From Candidatus Enterousia sp. (lineage in GTDB: Bacteria; Pseudomonadota; Alphaproteobacteria; Rs-D84), in the NCBI GenBank assembly GCA_045645645.1, contig JAZRJE010000007.1:34735-98734 (forward strand): 64,000 bases of DNA, given 5' to 3'. Position 1 is the first letter of the stretch. Each line of letters starts with the position of its first letter. Made by a program: the position numbers and the translations under genes. Positions 20,101-28,609 of the stretch are shown here, in pieces. The notes beneath the pieces were generated by a model. The model ran no database searches, was not told where the DNA came from, and was given only the letters and a program-made list of their open reading frames with translations.

Positions 20101-20129
20101 GCACGTGGGTCTGTTTTTGGATATGACAT
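17106..20129 (-). CDS. ileS: Isoleucine--tRNA ligase, type 2 (eukaryote/archaea-like clade)
   Basis: DGPPFANGLPHWGH, GWDCHGLP, WTTTPWTLPAN, WSISRNRFWG, EGQDQTRGWFY, KFSKS; 1007 aa with a long C-terminus and no IleRS1 zinc finger. Confidence 0.95.
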   Translation of the reverse strand: MSYPKTDPRANFPELEHELLAYWRANDTFHKTLEKTKLGHPFSFYDGPPFANGLPHWGHLGVSVVKDMVSRFQTMSGRYVRRELGWDCHGLPAENSVEKKVGKSAKDIVADDGIAAFCDMCRSDVMTYTNEWNAFIARMGRWVDIGDGYGYKTMNKDYMESMLWTLKSLYEKGLLYKDYSVNPYDWVNGTVISNSEASSDYREIVDDAVTVWFELENGDRAIAWTTTPWTLPANSALAVNPNMTYLRMQDNDGAVYVVAESRLKAYEKQFANATEIGRLTGAELAGMHYTPLFPYYAGQSDLLFQIIPADYVSDGDGTGIVHIAPAYGADDFWAAKNIDPKFPVLLNVDTYGNFDETVVDFAGQNIFVATPAILDWLKSNGRLVKKEQYKHNYPFGDRSKEKLIYRATDSWYIDVPKIKDKLIANNNLVNWTSAGERFRTWIEGARPWSISRNRFWGMPLPIWEKDGEYKVFGSIAELEEFFGVEVSDLHRPTLDKLEKDGWKRIPDVLDCWVESGSMPWASLHYPFENKERFEATFPADYIIEGQDQTRGWFYALMVLATALFDKPAFKNVSANGMVVDENKKKFSKSLKNFVNPEQQIEQYGADAIRLFVLGSNFMKAEPVPVDKEGKVFVESTKTILTPLWNAYHFFTLYANAGNIVAKEMQNPTNALDKYILAELNVLIGVVKSALDEYKPDVAIKEFVRFLDILNNWYIRRGRARFWDEEQDAFDTLYTVMTTLCRVLAPFAPFVSEYIYRNLTDAESVHLTDFPTAEIFDKKIVDDMRRVQMVVSTGKQLREQYKLRNRLPLANMTVAGPDLSAYADIIRDELNVKEIKFIENIDEVADSFIYLITPKIGARLGGALKEIIPAVKRGEYELVGDKLVAGGHEMNADEFENRLTVKTGVSGAALPDNTAVVVLDTEVTADLVAEGLANDALRFIQDTRKTAGLDVSDRITLTYSGDPAIVNAIEVHKKRIMHEALIVEMKSGDGEYTTDIEGYNLNVSVNKA

Positions 20130-20155
20130 AATTTACTACTCCGTATTTTATTATT

Positions 20156-20203
20156 AAAAAAAGGCGCATATGCGCCCCAGCCACCGCCAAAGCGCAGTCA
20201 GCC
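20156..20203 (-). promoter_or_regulatory. Attenuator RNA: protector, antiterminator and intrinsic terminator upstream of ileS
   Basis: Minus strand GGCUGACUGCGCUUUGGCGGUGGCUGGGGCGCAUAUGCGCC-U7. Terminator stem GGCGC/GCGCC; upstream UGCGC can pair with GCGCA in the terminator 5' arm. Confidence 0.8.
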
Positions 20204-20204
20204 A

Positions 20205-20237
20205 TTATTTAATAATAATTATTGTTACCTGTTTCAT
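20205..20237 (-). CDS. ileS leader peptide MKQVTIIIIK
   Basis: ATG AAA CAG GTA ACA ATA ATT ATT ATT AAA TAA: four consecutive Ile codons directly before the attenuator. Confidence 0.8.
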   Translation of the reverse strand: MKQVTIIIIK

Positions 20238-20253
20238 TTTTTAACTTAATTTC

Positions 20254-20329
20254 TGGTGCCGGTGATAGGACTTGAACCTACGACCCCCTCATTACGAATG
20301 AGATGCTCTACCAGCTGAGCTACACCGGC
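20254..20329 (-). tRNA. trnT: tRNA-Thr(CGU)
   Basis: 76-nt cloverleaf GCCGGTG...TTCAAG...CACCGGC-ACCA, anticodon loop TT-CGT-AA. Confidence 0.96.
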
Positions 20330-20390
20330 ACAACGCCCATGACTATAGACTATATTTATCACAATTTCCAGTGGTTTTTAGTTTGGTTTA

Positions 20391-22034
20391 TTAATTTTTA
20401 ATCTTACGCAATACAACCATAATGCCTGCTGGTGTCATACCAGGAATACGCGATAAATCTGCAATGTTTTCTGGACGTGTGGCACTTAACTTTTCAATCA
20501 GTTCATTTGTTAATCCTGGTAATCCAGTATAGTCAAAATTACTGGGGATTTTCATGTTTGCGTCACGTTTATATGCAGCGATTTCGCGCTCATTGCGTGC
20601 AATATATCCAGCATAAAATTTATCGTTTTCTGCAAATATATCTTTTTTTAGATTGTATAACAGTTTGTATTTTTCTGCAGATAATAATCCTAAGTTAACA
20701 GCAGTTTTACCCAGTCGTTTTATTGCGTTGTCTGCGCGCAGATTTAATCTGTATTCTGCACGTGATGTGAACATACGATATGGTTCATCAACCCCCAGTG
20801 TGGTTATATCATCAATTAAAACCCCAATCATAGCATTGGTTCTGTCCAGAATTAAAAATTCCTGATTTAAAGCGAATGCGGCGGCATTTGCCCCTGCGAC
20901 TAATCCTTGGGCTGCGGCTTCTTCGTACCCAGATGTGCCGTTAATTTGTCCTGCAAAGAACAAGTGAGGTATATCTTTGCTTTGTAGCTTATCATTTAAT
21001 GCGCGTGCATCAATAGCGTTGTATTCAATTGCATATCCGTATCGTGCAATACGTGCATTTTCCAAGCCTGGAATGGTACGAATCCATTTGTCTTGGATTT
21101 CTGCCCCAAAACTGGTTGATATGCCATTTGGATAAATTATATCACTGTTATAACCTTCTGGTTCCAAGAAAACATGATGAGATGTATGTTCTGGAAATCG
21201 CATAACTTTATCTTCCAGACTTGGACAATATCTGGGGCCTGTACCGACAATATCACCATTATACATAGGTGCATTTTTTATATTTTCACGAATTATATTA
21301 TGTGTTATTTCATTTGTATGTGTAATGTAACATGGACAGTGAAAATTATTATCATTGTCACCTGTGTCAAACCAATCATGTGGTGTGTCTGGTTCTTGAA
21401 TTTCACATACAGACCAGTCAATAGAATCACGGTAAATACGCGCAGGTGTTCCTGTTTTTAAACGCAGAATTTTAAAGCCGTTTTTAAGCAATACATCTGA
21501 AATGTTTTTATCTGCAGCTTGGTATGTTCCGTCATCTTGTAAGCGGCCAGATGAGATTTTTTCATCACCACGTGTCACGACGCCATCTAAAAAAGTCCCA
21601 GTTGTTAACACGATAGATTTAGTTAAATATTCATTGTTAACAAGTTTTTTTTCAATATCTAATTTTGTAACAGGTTCATATTTTATTTCCAGATTTTCAT
21701 ATTCTGATAAAATATCAAGTATTGCATTATGATATAAATCGCGATCAATTTGCGCACGCAGTGCTTGTGTTGCGGCACCATGTGTTGCGTTTAAAGTTCG
21801 CCAATGGATACCTGCTTTATCTGCGGCGCGCCCCATAACGCCCCCCAGTGCAGTCATTTCTGCCACCATTTGTGATTTACCAGGTCCCCCAATACTTGGG
21901 TTGCAAGACAATGCCCCCAGATCACTTTCAGTTTGGGTTATCAGTAATGTTTTTGCCCCACGTCTAGCAGATGCTGCTGCGGCCTCAACCCCAGCATGTC
22001 CGCCACCAATAATGATTACATCATAATTTTTCAT
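20391..22034 (-). CDS. mnmG: tRNA uridine-5-carboxymethylaminomethyl modification enzyme (GidA), shortened
   Basis: GGGHAGVEAA, SCNPSIGG, RLKTGTPARI, GPRYCPSLEDK, AGQINGTSGYEEAAAQG, YRMFTSRAEYRL. Confidence 0.96.
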   Translation of the reverse strand: MKNYDVIIIGGGHAGVEAAAASARRGAKTLLITQTESDLGALSCNPSIGGPGKSQMVAEMTALGGVMGRAADKAGIHWRTLNATHGAATQALRAQIDRDLYHNAILDILSEYENLEIKYEPVTKLDIEKKLVNNEYLTKSIVLTTGTFLDGVVTRGDEKISSGRLQDDGTYQAADKNISDVLLKNGFKILRLKTGTPARIYRDSIDWSVCEIQEPDTPHDWFDTGDNDNNFHCPCYITHTNEITHNIIRENIKNAPMYNGDIVGTGPRYCPSLEDKVMRFPEHTSHHVFLEPEGYNSDIIYPNGISTSFGAEIQDKWIRTIPGLENARIARYGYAIEYNAIDARALNDKLQSKDIPHLFFAGQINGTSGYEEAAAQGLVAGANAAAFALNQEFLILDRTNAMIGVLIDDITTLGVDEPYRMFTSRAEYRLNLRADNAIKRLGKTAVNLGLLSAEKYKLLYNLKKDIFAENDKFYAGYIARNEREIAAYKRDANMKIPSNFDYTGLPGLTNELIEKLSATRPENIADLSRIPGMTPAGIMVVLRKIKN

Positions 22035-22037
22035 TGC

Positions 22038-22766
22038 TTAGAAACGTCCCATACCACCGTTTACATGTAATGTTTGTCCGTTTATATACGCCGCTTCATC
22101 TGATGCTAAGAACACACATGCGTTTGCAATATCTTCTGGTTCACCAAATCTGCCTGCTGGTATTTGTGCCAGATATGTTTTCTTTAATTCTTCTGGCAAA
22201 ACATCTGTCATTGGTGTTTTGATAAATCCTGGTGCGATTGCATTAGCGGTGATACCACGTGAAGCAACTTCAGCTGCAATAGATTTTGTCATGGCAATCA
22301 TACCACCTTTACTTGCAGCATAGTTTGCCTGACCTGGTCCCCCGATTGTACCGATAATTGATGCCATATTGATAATACGACCAAAACGATTTTTCATCAT
22401 TGGCATAATTGCAGCACGACACATTTTAAAGCATGAACGCAGATTGGTATTTATTACTTCGTCAAATTGTTCGTCGCTCATGCGCATCAGTAATGTATCA
22501 CGTGTAATACCTGCGTTATTTATCAAGATATCAATCTTTCCGCATTTTTCTATTGTATTCATGACCAGTTCAACAGCCCCGCCATCTGCCGCCAGATCGC
22601 ATGGAATTTTGATATACTCATCGCCAAATTCTGTATCCATTTTTTTTGTGTTTCGACCAGATACAACAACTGTTGCCCCAGCATCTTTCATTTTACGTGC
22701 AATTGCCCCACCGATTCCTCCTGTTGCGCCAGTTATCAATGCAACTTTACCTGATAGATCAAACAT
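22038..22766 (-). CDS. fabG: 3-oxoacyl-ACP reductase
   Basis: TGATGGIG, NNAGITRD, NYAASK, NAIAPGFI, HVNGG. Confidence 0.95.
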   Translation of the reverse strand: MFDLSGKVALITGATGGIGGAIARKMKDAGATVVVSGRNTKKMDTEFGDEYIKIPCDLAADGGAVELVMNTIEKCGKIDILINNAGITRDTLLMRMSDEQFDEVINTNLRSCFKMCRAAIMPMMKNRFGRIINMASIIGTIGGPGQANYAASKGGMIAMTKSIAAEVASRGITANAIAPGFIKTPMTDVLPEELKKTYLAQIPAGRFGEPEDIANACVFLASDEAAYINGQTLHVNGGMGRF

Positions 22767-22768
22767 AA

Positions 22769-23644
22769 TTAAATCTCCAATTTTTTAGGTGTTATTTTAT
22801 CTGTAATACGTGAACACAGTCCCGTCAATACGTTTCCTGGTCCAACTTCAATCTGTTCTGTAATGCCAAGCTCTACCATATTTAAAACACTTTCACGCCA
22901 GCGAACATCATGTGTCATTTGGTAAACAAGTGCTTCTTTTATTTCATCAATATTTTGTGTTGGATTACATGTTTTATTCAAAATAATTGGCACGACGGGT
23001 TTTTTAAATTCAACAGTGTCTAGTGCATCACGGATTTTATCTGCTGCTGGTGATTGAACACGACAGTGCACAGGAACAGACAGTGCCAGTGGCATTGCAC
23101 GTTTTGCGCCCTGCTCTTTTGCAAGTACCATGGTTTTTTCAACCACGTCGCGCAGTCCTGAAATCACAACTTGTCCAGGACTATTATCATTTGCGACATC
23201 ACAGCCTGTTTCAGAACAAATTTTACGTAGTGTGTCAATTTCCAGTCCTAAAATAACAGCGGTAAGTCCTGTCCCAACTGGTACAGCGTTTTGCATTGCA
23301 TTTCCACGTATGCGTAATAATTTTGCTGTGTCGCCAATTGTCAGTGCGCCTGCAGCACACAGGGCTGTGTATTCACCCAAAGAATGTCCTGCAACAAATT
23401 CAGGTAAATTTACATTGCTTGCGCGCAACATTGCAATTGATGTAGCCATAATAGCAGGTTGAACATTTGCAGTCAGTGTCAAAGTATCTGCTGGTCCATC
23501 AAATATAATATCTGACAGTTTTTCACCCAGTGCTTCATCAACTGCGTCAAATATCGCACGTGCGTCCGCATTTGTTTCATACAGTTCTTTTCCCATACCA
23601 ACGGATTGTGCACCCTGTCCTGGGAATACAAAAATAGATGACAT
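22769..23644 (-). CDS. fabD: Malonyl CoA-ACP transacylase
   Basis: FPGQGAQ, GHSLGEY, NDNSPGQVVISG, VRWRES. Confidence 0.96.
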   Translation of the reverse strand: MSSIFVFPGQGAQSVGMGKELYETNADARAIFDAVDEALGEKLSDIIFDGPADTLTLTANVQPAIMATSIAMLRASNVNLPEFVAGHSLGEYTALCAAGALTIGDTAKLLRIRGNAMQNAVPVGTGLTAVILGLEIDTLRKICSETGCDVANDNSPGQVVISGLRDVVEKTMVLAKEQGAKRAMPLALSVPVHCRVQSPAADKIRDALDTVEFKKPVVPIILNKTCNPTQNIDEIKEALVYQMTHDVRWRESVLNMVELGITEQIEVGPGNVLTGLCSRITDKITPKKLEI

Positions 23645-23673
23645 TTATTGTCCTTTATTAAATCACAAGGATA

Positions 23674-24219
23674 TTATACTTTGCGAATACTGAATTCGCA
23701 ACCGCAATAATTCTGACGATAAAAATCAGATTCACGATTGATTTGCAGCCGCAGATTTTCGTCCCATTTTATTGGCATGTATTCGATGTTTTTACATACT
23801 TTTTGTGCGGATGTGTTAACCTGGTTTTGGTCTTTGTGTCTGGATACGCCTAATACGCTTGCAATTGCGTTGTATCCGTTTTCTTTTGCGAATTTTACTG
23901 CGCGACGAAATCGATATTCAAAGCATAGCGAACATCGTGTCCCACGTTCTGGTTCTTTTTCTAATCCGCGTACTGCATCGCGCCATGCGTCATGATCATA
24001 TTCTAAAACAGCGTATTTAACCCCAATATTTTCACAGTATTTAATTTGTTCGTGCATACGCTTTGTATATTCTGTTTCTGGGAAAATATTTGGATTATAG
24101 AATAAAACAATAAAATCATCAATGTTATCAATTGCACCATCTGCTAATTGTTTAATCGCACCCGCAGAACATGGGGCACAACAAGACAATAACACAAGAC
24201 GTATTTTATCATGAATCAT
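23674..24219 (-). CDS. queH: Epoxyqueuosine reductase QueH (DUF208)
   Basis: SCCAPCS, FYNPNIFP, PERGTRCSLCF, YRQNYCGCEFS. Confidence 0.9.
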   Translation of the reverse strand: MIHDKIRLVLLSCCAPCSAGAIKQLADGAIDNIDDFIVLFYNPNIFPETEYTKRMHEQIKYCENIGVKYAVLEYDHDAWRDAVRGLEKEPERGTRCSLCFEYRFRRAVKFAKENGYNAIASVLGVSRHKDQNQVNTSAQKVCKNIEYMPIKWDENLRLQINRESDFYRQNYCGCEFSIRKV

Positions 24220-24244
24220 TTATTTTGTTTTTTTCTTGCCTTTG

Positions 24245-26236
24245 TTACTTAACAAATTCTGTGCCAACTGCTGTATCGTTACTTAATTCAATAATATTTT
24301 TATCGTCGTTCCCAATCCCCAGTTCTGCTGTGCCACACATCATTCCAAAAGATTCGATTCCTGCAACAGTACGCTGATTAATTGGTTTTTTTGCAGTTGG
24401 TAATACGCAACCAACTGGTGCGATAACACTTATCATATTTTTACGAACATTTGGTGCTGCGCACACAATCTGTGCTGGTTTTTCTGCGCCATATTCAACA
24501 GACAGAATATGTAAATCGTCACGTGTCGGATGTTTTTGAACTGACATAATTTTTGCAACTGTCGGTTTTGGTGACGTGTTTTCTTTTTTTGGTGTATACT
24601 TTTCTGTCAATCGTGTAACTGTTTCATCATCGATGCGATTAAATAGATTTTCAGGTACAATAAATTCTGCACCATCATCAATACGATGTTCATATTTTTC
24701 TGGCCAAGACAAATCATGTGTATTCACAAAAACATTTTGCATTTTTTCAGCAGCTGCTGGAATAAACGGCATCGACACACGTGCGTATAAGTCTATTAAT
24801 TGGAAACATTCGTTCAATACAGCACCAGCGGTGTCAATTTCACCATTTTTAACCAATGCCCATGGTTCATGTGCGGTCATATATTCGTTACCAATAGCGT
24901 ACAGTCCGCGCAATGCCGCAATTGCGTTGCGGAATTCGCATGCGTCTAATGCAGCAGTTAATTCTGACAGCTTTTCATTGATTTTTGATTTTAATTCAGA
25001 ATTCACTGTGCCAGATTTTGGAACATTATTTCCAAAGTTCTTTGCAGTCAGTTTGCATACGCGTGATACAAAATTTCCCAGCATACCATTCAAATCTTTA
25101 TTTACAATATCTGCAAATCGTGTAATTGTAAAATCAGTGTCATCTGTTTCAGGGGCGCTGGCCATTAATGCATACCGCCAATAGTCCGCAGGCAGTTCTT
25201 GTACTGCATCGTTCAAGAAAACGCCATTACCAGTAGATTTTGAAATTTTTGCACCATTCATATTCAAAAAGTTCATACCCTTTAACACGTCAACAGTTTT
25301 CCAATTGTCATCCATTGCCAGTTCTTGGGATGGAAAAAATATAGAATGGAATGAAATATTATCTTTGCCCATAAATTGTGTATAGTGCACATCATCGCCA
25401 CCATGCCACCAATCAGCCCAGTTTTTATTTGCCGCCTGTGATATAGAAACGTATCCCCATGGTGCATCAAACCATACATAAAAAACTTTGTTTTCGTATC
25501 CAGGTTTATTAACAGGAATTCCCCATTTTAAATCACGCGTAATTGGGCTGTCGTGTAAGCCTTCTTCTAACCATTTATTCGCAATGGCCAGTGCTGTTTT
25601 TGGCCACCCTTTACGAGAATCAATCCATTGGCGTAGTTTGTTCTGCATTTCGCTTGATTTAAAATACATATGTTTTGTTTCACGCATTTCCACTGGTGAG
25701 TCTGGTGTAATTGCGCTGTGTGGATTGATTAGTTGTTCTGGTTCTAATGTTGTATCGCAATTTCCACATTCATTTCCATAAGCTTTTTCATAACCGCATT
25801 TTGGACATGTTCCGACAACAAATCTGTCTGCCAAGAACATTTTATCTTTGATTGAATATGGCTGAACAGATGTTTTTTCGACCAGCATATTCTGCTCTTG
25901 CAGACGGTCAAATAGCCGTTGGATTAATTGCTCATGCAGTTTTGTATGTGTTCGTCCATATGTATCAAAAGATAAATTAAAATCACGTACAGACTGTTCA
26001 TGTGCGGCACGATATTTATCAACGTATTCTTCAACAGGAATCCCCTCTTTCATAGCGCCGATTTCACTGGCTGTTCCATGTTCGTCGGAACCACAAACAA
26101 ACAAAACATCACGTCCCATTGCGCGACAAAAACGTGCATAAACATCACTTGGTAACCAGCAACCGACTAAATGACCAATATGCAAATTATTGTTAACATA
26201 TGGCAAAGCCGACGTAATTAAGTATTTTTTAGCCAT
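24245..26236 (-). CDS. metG: Methionine--tRNA ligase with C-terminal tRNA-binding OB domain
   Basis: SALPYVNNNLHIGH, GSDEHG, zinc knuckles CPKC/CGNC, YVWFDA, KISKS, QIVCAAPN. Confidence 0.96.
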   Translation of the reverse strand: MAKKYLITSALPYVNNNLHIGHLVGCWLPSDVYARFCRAMGRDVLFVCGSDEHGTASEIGAMKEGIPVEEYVDKYRAAHEQSVRDFNLSFDTYGRTHTKLHEQLIQRLFDRLQEQNMLVEKTSVQPYSIKDKMFLADRFVVGTCPKCGYEKAYGNECGNCDTTLEPEQLINPHSAITPDSPVEMRETKHMYFKSSEMQNKLRQWIDSRKGWPKTALAIANKWLEEGLHDSPITRDLKWGIPVNKPGYENKVFYVWFDAPWGYVSISQAANKNWADWWHGGDDVHYTQFMGKDNISFHSIFFPSQELAMDDNWKTVDVLKGMNFLNMNGAKISKSTGNGVFLNDAVQELPADYWRYALMASAPETDDTDFTITRFADIVNKDLNGMLGNFVSRVCKLTAKNFGNNVPKSGTVNSELKSKINEKLSELTAALDACEFRNAIAALRGLYAIGNEYMTAHEPWALVKNGEIDTAGAVLNECFQLIDLYARVSMPFIPAAAEKMQNVFVNTHDLSWPEKYEHRIDDGAEFIVPENLFNRIDDETVTRLTEKYTPKKENTSPKPTVAKIMSVQKHPTRDDLHILSVEYGAEKPAQIVCAAPNVRKNMISVIAPVGCVLPTAKKPINQRTVAGIESFGMMCGTAELGIGNDDKNIIELSNDTAVGTEFVK

Positions 26237-26263
26237 TTTCAACCTCACAAATAAATCGTGCAA

Positions 26264-26291
26264 ATTATAAACTATATTTTATACAAATCAA
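26264..26291 (-). promoter_or_regulatory. sigma70-type promoter for metG-queH-fabD-fabG-mnmG
   Basis: TTGATT-16bp-TATAAT on the minus strand. Confidence 0.6.
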
Positions 26292-26307
26292 TATTTATAA
26301 AGAAAAC

Positions 26308-26331
26308 AAAAAATACCGGCAGGTGCCGGTA
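26308..26331 (-). terminator. Terminator after tRNA-Val
   Basis: TACCGGC-acct-GCCGGTA-T6 on the minus strand. Confidence 0.75.
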
Positions 26332-26339
26332 AAGATTTC

Positions 26340-26416
26340 TGGTGGGTGGTATTGGACTCGAACCAACGACCTTTACGATGTCAACGTAACGCTCTAACCA
26401 ACTGAGCTAACCACCC
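26340..26416 (-). tRNA. trnV: tRNA-Val(GAC)
   Basis: 77-nt cloverleaf, anticodon arm TTACG-TTGACAT-CGTAA, encoded CCA. Confidence 0.96.
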
Positions 26417-26479
26417 ATAAAGCCAACGCATTATAACAGACAATTTTTCAAATGCAAATGATAAATACAATGAGGTTTC

Positions 26480-26508
26480 AAAAAAAATCCCCAAATCGGG
26501 GATTTTTT
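26480..26508 (-). terminator. Terminator after accC
   Basis: A8-TCCCC-aaatc-GGGGA-T6. Confidence 0.75.
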
Positions 26509-27853
26509 ATTCACTTTTCAAAAATTCTTCCAGCCAATGGTTGTCAAAATTTAATTGTTTTACATCTTTGTTTTTTAATAACTTTTGCTGTAACGGAATT
26601 GTTGTTTTTACACCTTCTATTACGAATTCATCCAATGCACGTGCTGCACGCATAATACATGCAGGACGGTTTGGTGCATGGACAATCAATTTTGCAATCA
26701 TTGAATCGTATGTTGCTGGGATTGTGTATCCAGTATAAATTGCGCTGTCTACGCGAACACCCATTCCACCAGCTGGCGCATACATAGTAATTTTTCCAGG
26801 GTTTGGAATAAATGTTTCTGGGTCTTCTGCATTAATACGAAACTCAATAGCATGTCCATTTGGAATTACGTTTGATTGATTGTAGCCTAACTTTTCACCA
26901 GCGGCGATACGGATTTGTTCACGAACCAAGTCAACCCCATAAACCATTTCTGTAACAGGGTGTTCAACCTGTAAACGTGTGTTCATTTCCAAGAAATAGA
27001 ATTTTCCGTCTTCAAACATAAATTCAAATGTTCCAGCATTTGTATATCCCATTTTCTTAGCGGCAGATTTACATATTTCTATCATGTCATCGCGCTGCTT
27101 CTGTGTCAGAATTGCTGCGGGACATTCTTCCATAACTTTTTGATTACGTCTTTGTAGCGAACAATCACGTTCACCAAAAATGACGACATTACCATGGGTG
27201 TCACCCAATACCTGAAATTCAATGTGTCGTGGGTGCATTAACAATTTTTCCATATATAATGTATCGTCACCAAATCCCGATAAGGCTTCTTGTTTTGTAA
27301 TTTGAAAAGCGTCATGCATTTCGTCTGCTGACATTACAGCGCGCATACCACGCCCACCACCGCCAGCGGCTGCTTTTAACATAACTGGGTATCCGATTTT
27401 TTTAGCCCACTCTAAGGCGCTTTCCAGTGTGTCTACAGCCCCATCAGAACCTGGAACAACAGGCAATCCGCATCCAATAGCGGTACGTTTGGCATTAACC
27501 TTGTCTCCCATTTTTTCAATTATGTCTGGGGACGGTCCAATCCATATCATTTTATGCTGTTCGACCTTGCGCGCAAAGTCTGCACGTTCAGATAAAAAAC
27601 CGTATCCTGGGTGGATTGCATCGGCATTTGTCAGTAATGCTGCTGTCAAAATTGCAGATTCGTTTAGGTATGAATCACGTGCGATTGCAGGACCAATGCA
27701 TACAGATTCATCAGCTAATTGAACGTGCATAGCATCATGATCAGCGGTTGAATAAACTGCTACTGTACGAATTCCCATGTCACGACACGCACGAATTATA
27801 CGCAGTGCGATTTCACCACGATTTGCGATTAAAACTTTTTTTATTTGTGGCAT
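26507..27853 (-). CDS. accC: Biotin carboxylase
   Basis: ANRGEIA, HPGYGFLSE, KAAAGGGGRG, RDCSLQRRNQK, EMNTRLQVEHPVTE, YDSMIAKLI. Confidence 0.97.
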   Translation of the reverse strand: MPQIKKVLIANRGEIALRIIRACRDMGIRTVAVYSTADHDAMHVQLADESVCIGPAIARDSYLNESAILTAALLTNADAIHPGYGFLSERADFARKVEQHKMIWIGPSPDIIEKMGDKVNAKRTAIGCGLPVVPGSDGAVDTLESALEWAKKIGYPVMLKAAAGGGGRGMRAVMSADEMHDAFQITKQEALSGFGDDTLYMEKLLMHPRHIEFQVLGDTHGNVVIFGERDCSLQRRNQKVMEECPAAILTQKQRDDMIEICKSAAKKMGYTNAGTFEFMFEDGKFYFLEMNTRLQVEHPVTEMVYGVDLVREQIRIAAGEKLGYNQSNVIPNGHAIEFRINAEDPETFIPNPGKITMYAPAGGMGVRVDSAIYTGYTIPATYDSMIAKLIVHAPNRPACIMRAARALDEFVIEGVKTTIPLQQKLLKNKDVKQLNFDNHWLEEFLKSE

Positions 27854-27856
27854 ATC

Positions 27857-28294
27857 TTATTCAATAATAACAAGTGGTTGATCAAATTCAACAGCCTGAC
27901 TGTCAGACACCAAAATTTCTTTTATGATACCGTCTTTGTCAGATTTAATTGGGTTAAATGTCTTCATTGCTTCTACCAGTGCGACAGTATCACCTTCTTT
28001 AACAGATGTTCCGACTGTAACAAACTGTTTTGCGCCAGGTTCTGGTGCCAGATACACAACGCCAACCATTGGTGATTTTAACGTATGCCCAGAAATAATT
28101 TTTTCAGATTTTGCACAAGTCTGGTTTTTGTTTGAATCTGTTGCAGGAACAGCGACAGTCGCTGTTTGTTGTTTTGATAAATGAATATGTTTACGATATA
28201 CGCCAAACAAAAACTGACGTTCTAAGTTTAATTCAGTAATCCCCATATCGTCCATGATCTTTGACATAGATTCAACGGTTGCACGAAATGACAT
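27857..28294 (-). CDS. accB: Biotin carboxyl carrier protein
   Basis: KSPMVG, VEAMKTFN biotinyl-Lys motif, VEFDQPL. Confidence 0.95.
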   Translation of the reverse strand: MSFRATVESMSKIMDDMGITELNLERQFLFGVYRKHIHLSKQQTATVAVPATDSNKNQTCAKSEKIISGHTLKSPMVGVVYLAPEPGAKQFVTVGTSVKEGDTVALVEAMKTFNPIKSDKDGIIKEILVSDSQAVEFDQPLVIIE

Positions 28295-28336
28295 TTTTTT
28301 TAATCCTTTTTAAAATTTTCATATCATATCTTTAAT

Positions 28337-28364
28337 ATTTTATCACAATGTAATTAGTTGTCAA
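28337..28364 (-). promoter_or_regulatory. sigma70-type promoter for accBC
   Basis: TTGACA-16bp-TAAAAT on the minus strand. Confidence 0.6.
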
Positions 28365-28369
28365 GTATA

Positions 28370-28609
28370 TCAGGGCACAGGATCGAAACCGAAACCACCC
28401 CCAGGTCTGCATCTGGATATGCGTTTAATTCCCAGCCAAGTTCCACGAAAAACACCATATTTTTCAATAGATTGTCGTGTGTATTCACTGCAGGTTGGTG
28501 TAAAACGGCATGCCGCACGTCCACCAATAAATGGCGAAATTGCGGATTGGTATATACGTACGGCACCAATTGCGATGCGTTTAGATAAGCTAGTGGTTTT
28601 CGTTTGCAT
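28370..28609 (-). CDS. yidD: Membrane protein insertion efficiency factor YidD
   Basis: YQSAISP, CRFTPTCSEY, GTWLGIKRISRCRP, GFDPVP; start trimmed to MQTK. Confidence 0.9.
   Translation of the reverse strand: MQTKTTSLSKRIAIGAVRIYQSAISPFIGGRAACRFTPTCSEYTRQSIEKYGVFRGTWLGIKRISRCRPGGGFGFDPVP

Noticed and set aside
15815-20329. Genomic island integrated at tRNA-Thr(CGU) carrying ileS2, the Cys ORFs and nth
   Set aside because: No integrase and no duplicated tRNA 3' end (att) near 15.8 kb; nth and ileS look like core genes
26322-26331. GGTGCCGGT shared between the tRNA-Val terminator and the tRNA-Thr 3' end
   Set aside because: Only 9 bp, explained by the terminator stem, and on the wrong side for an att site
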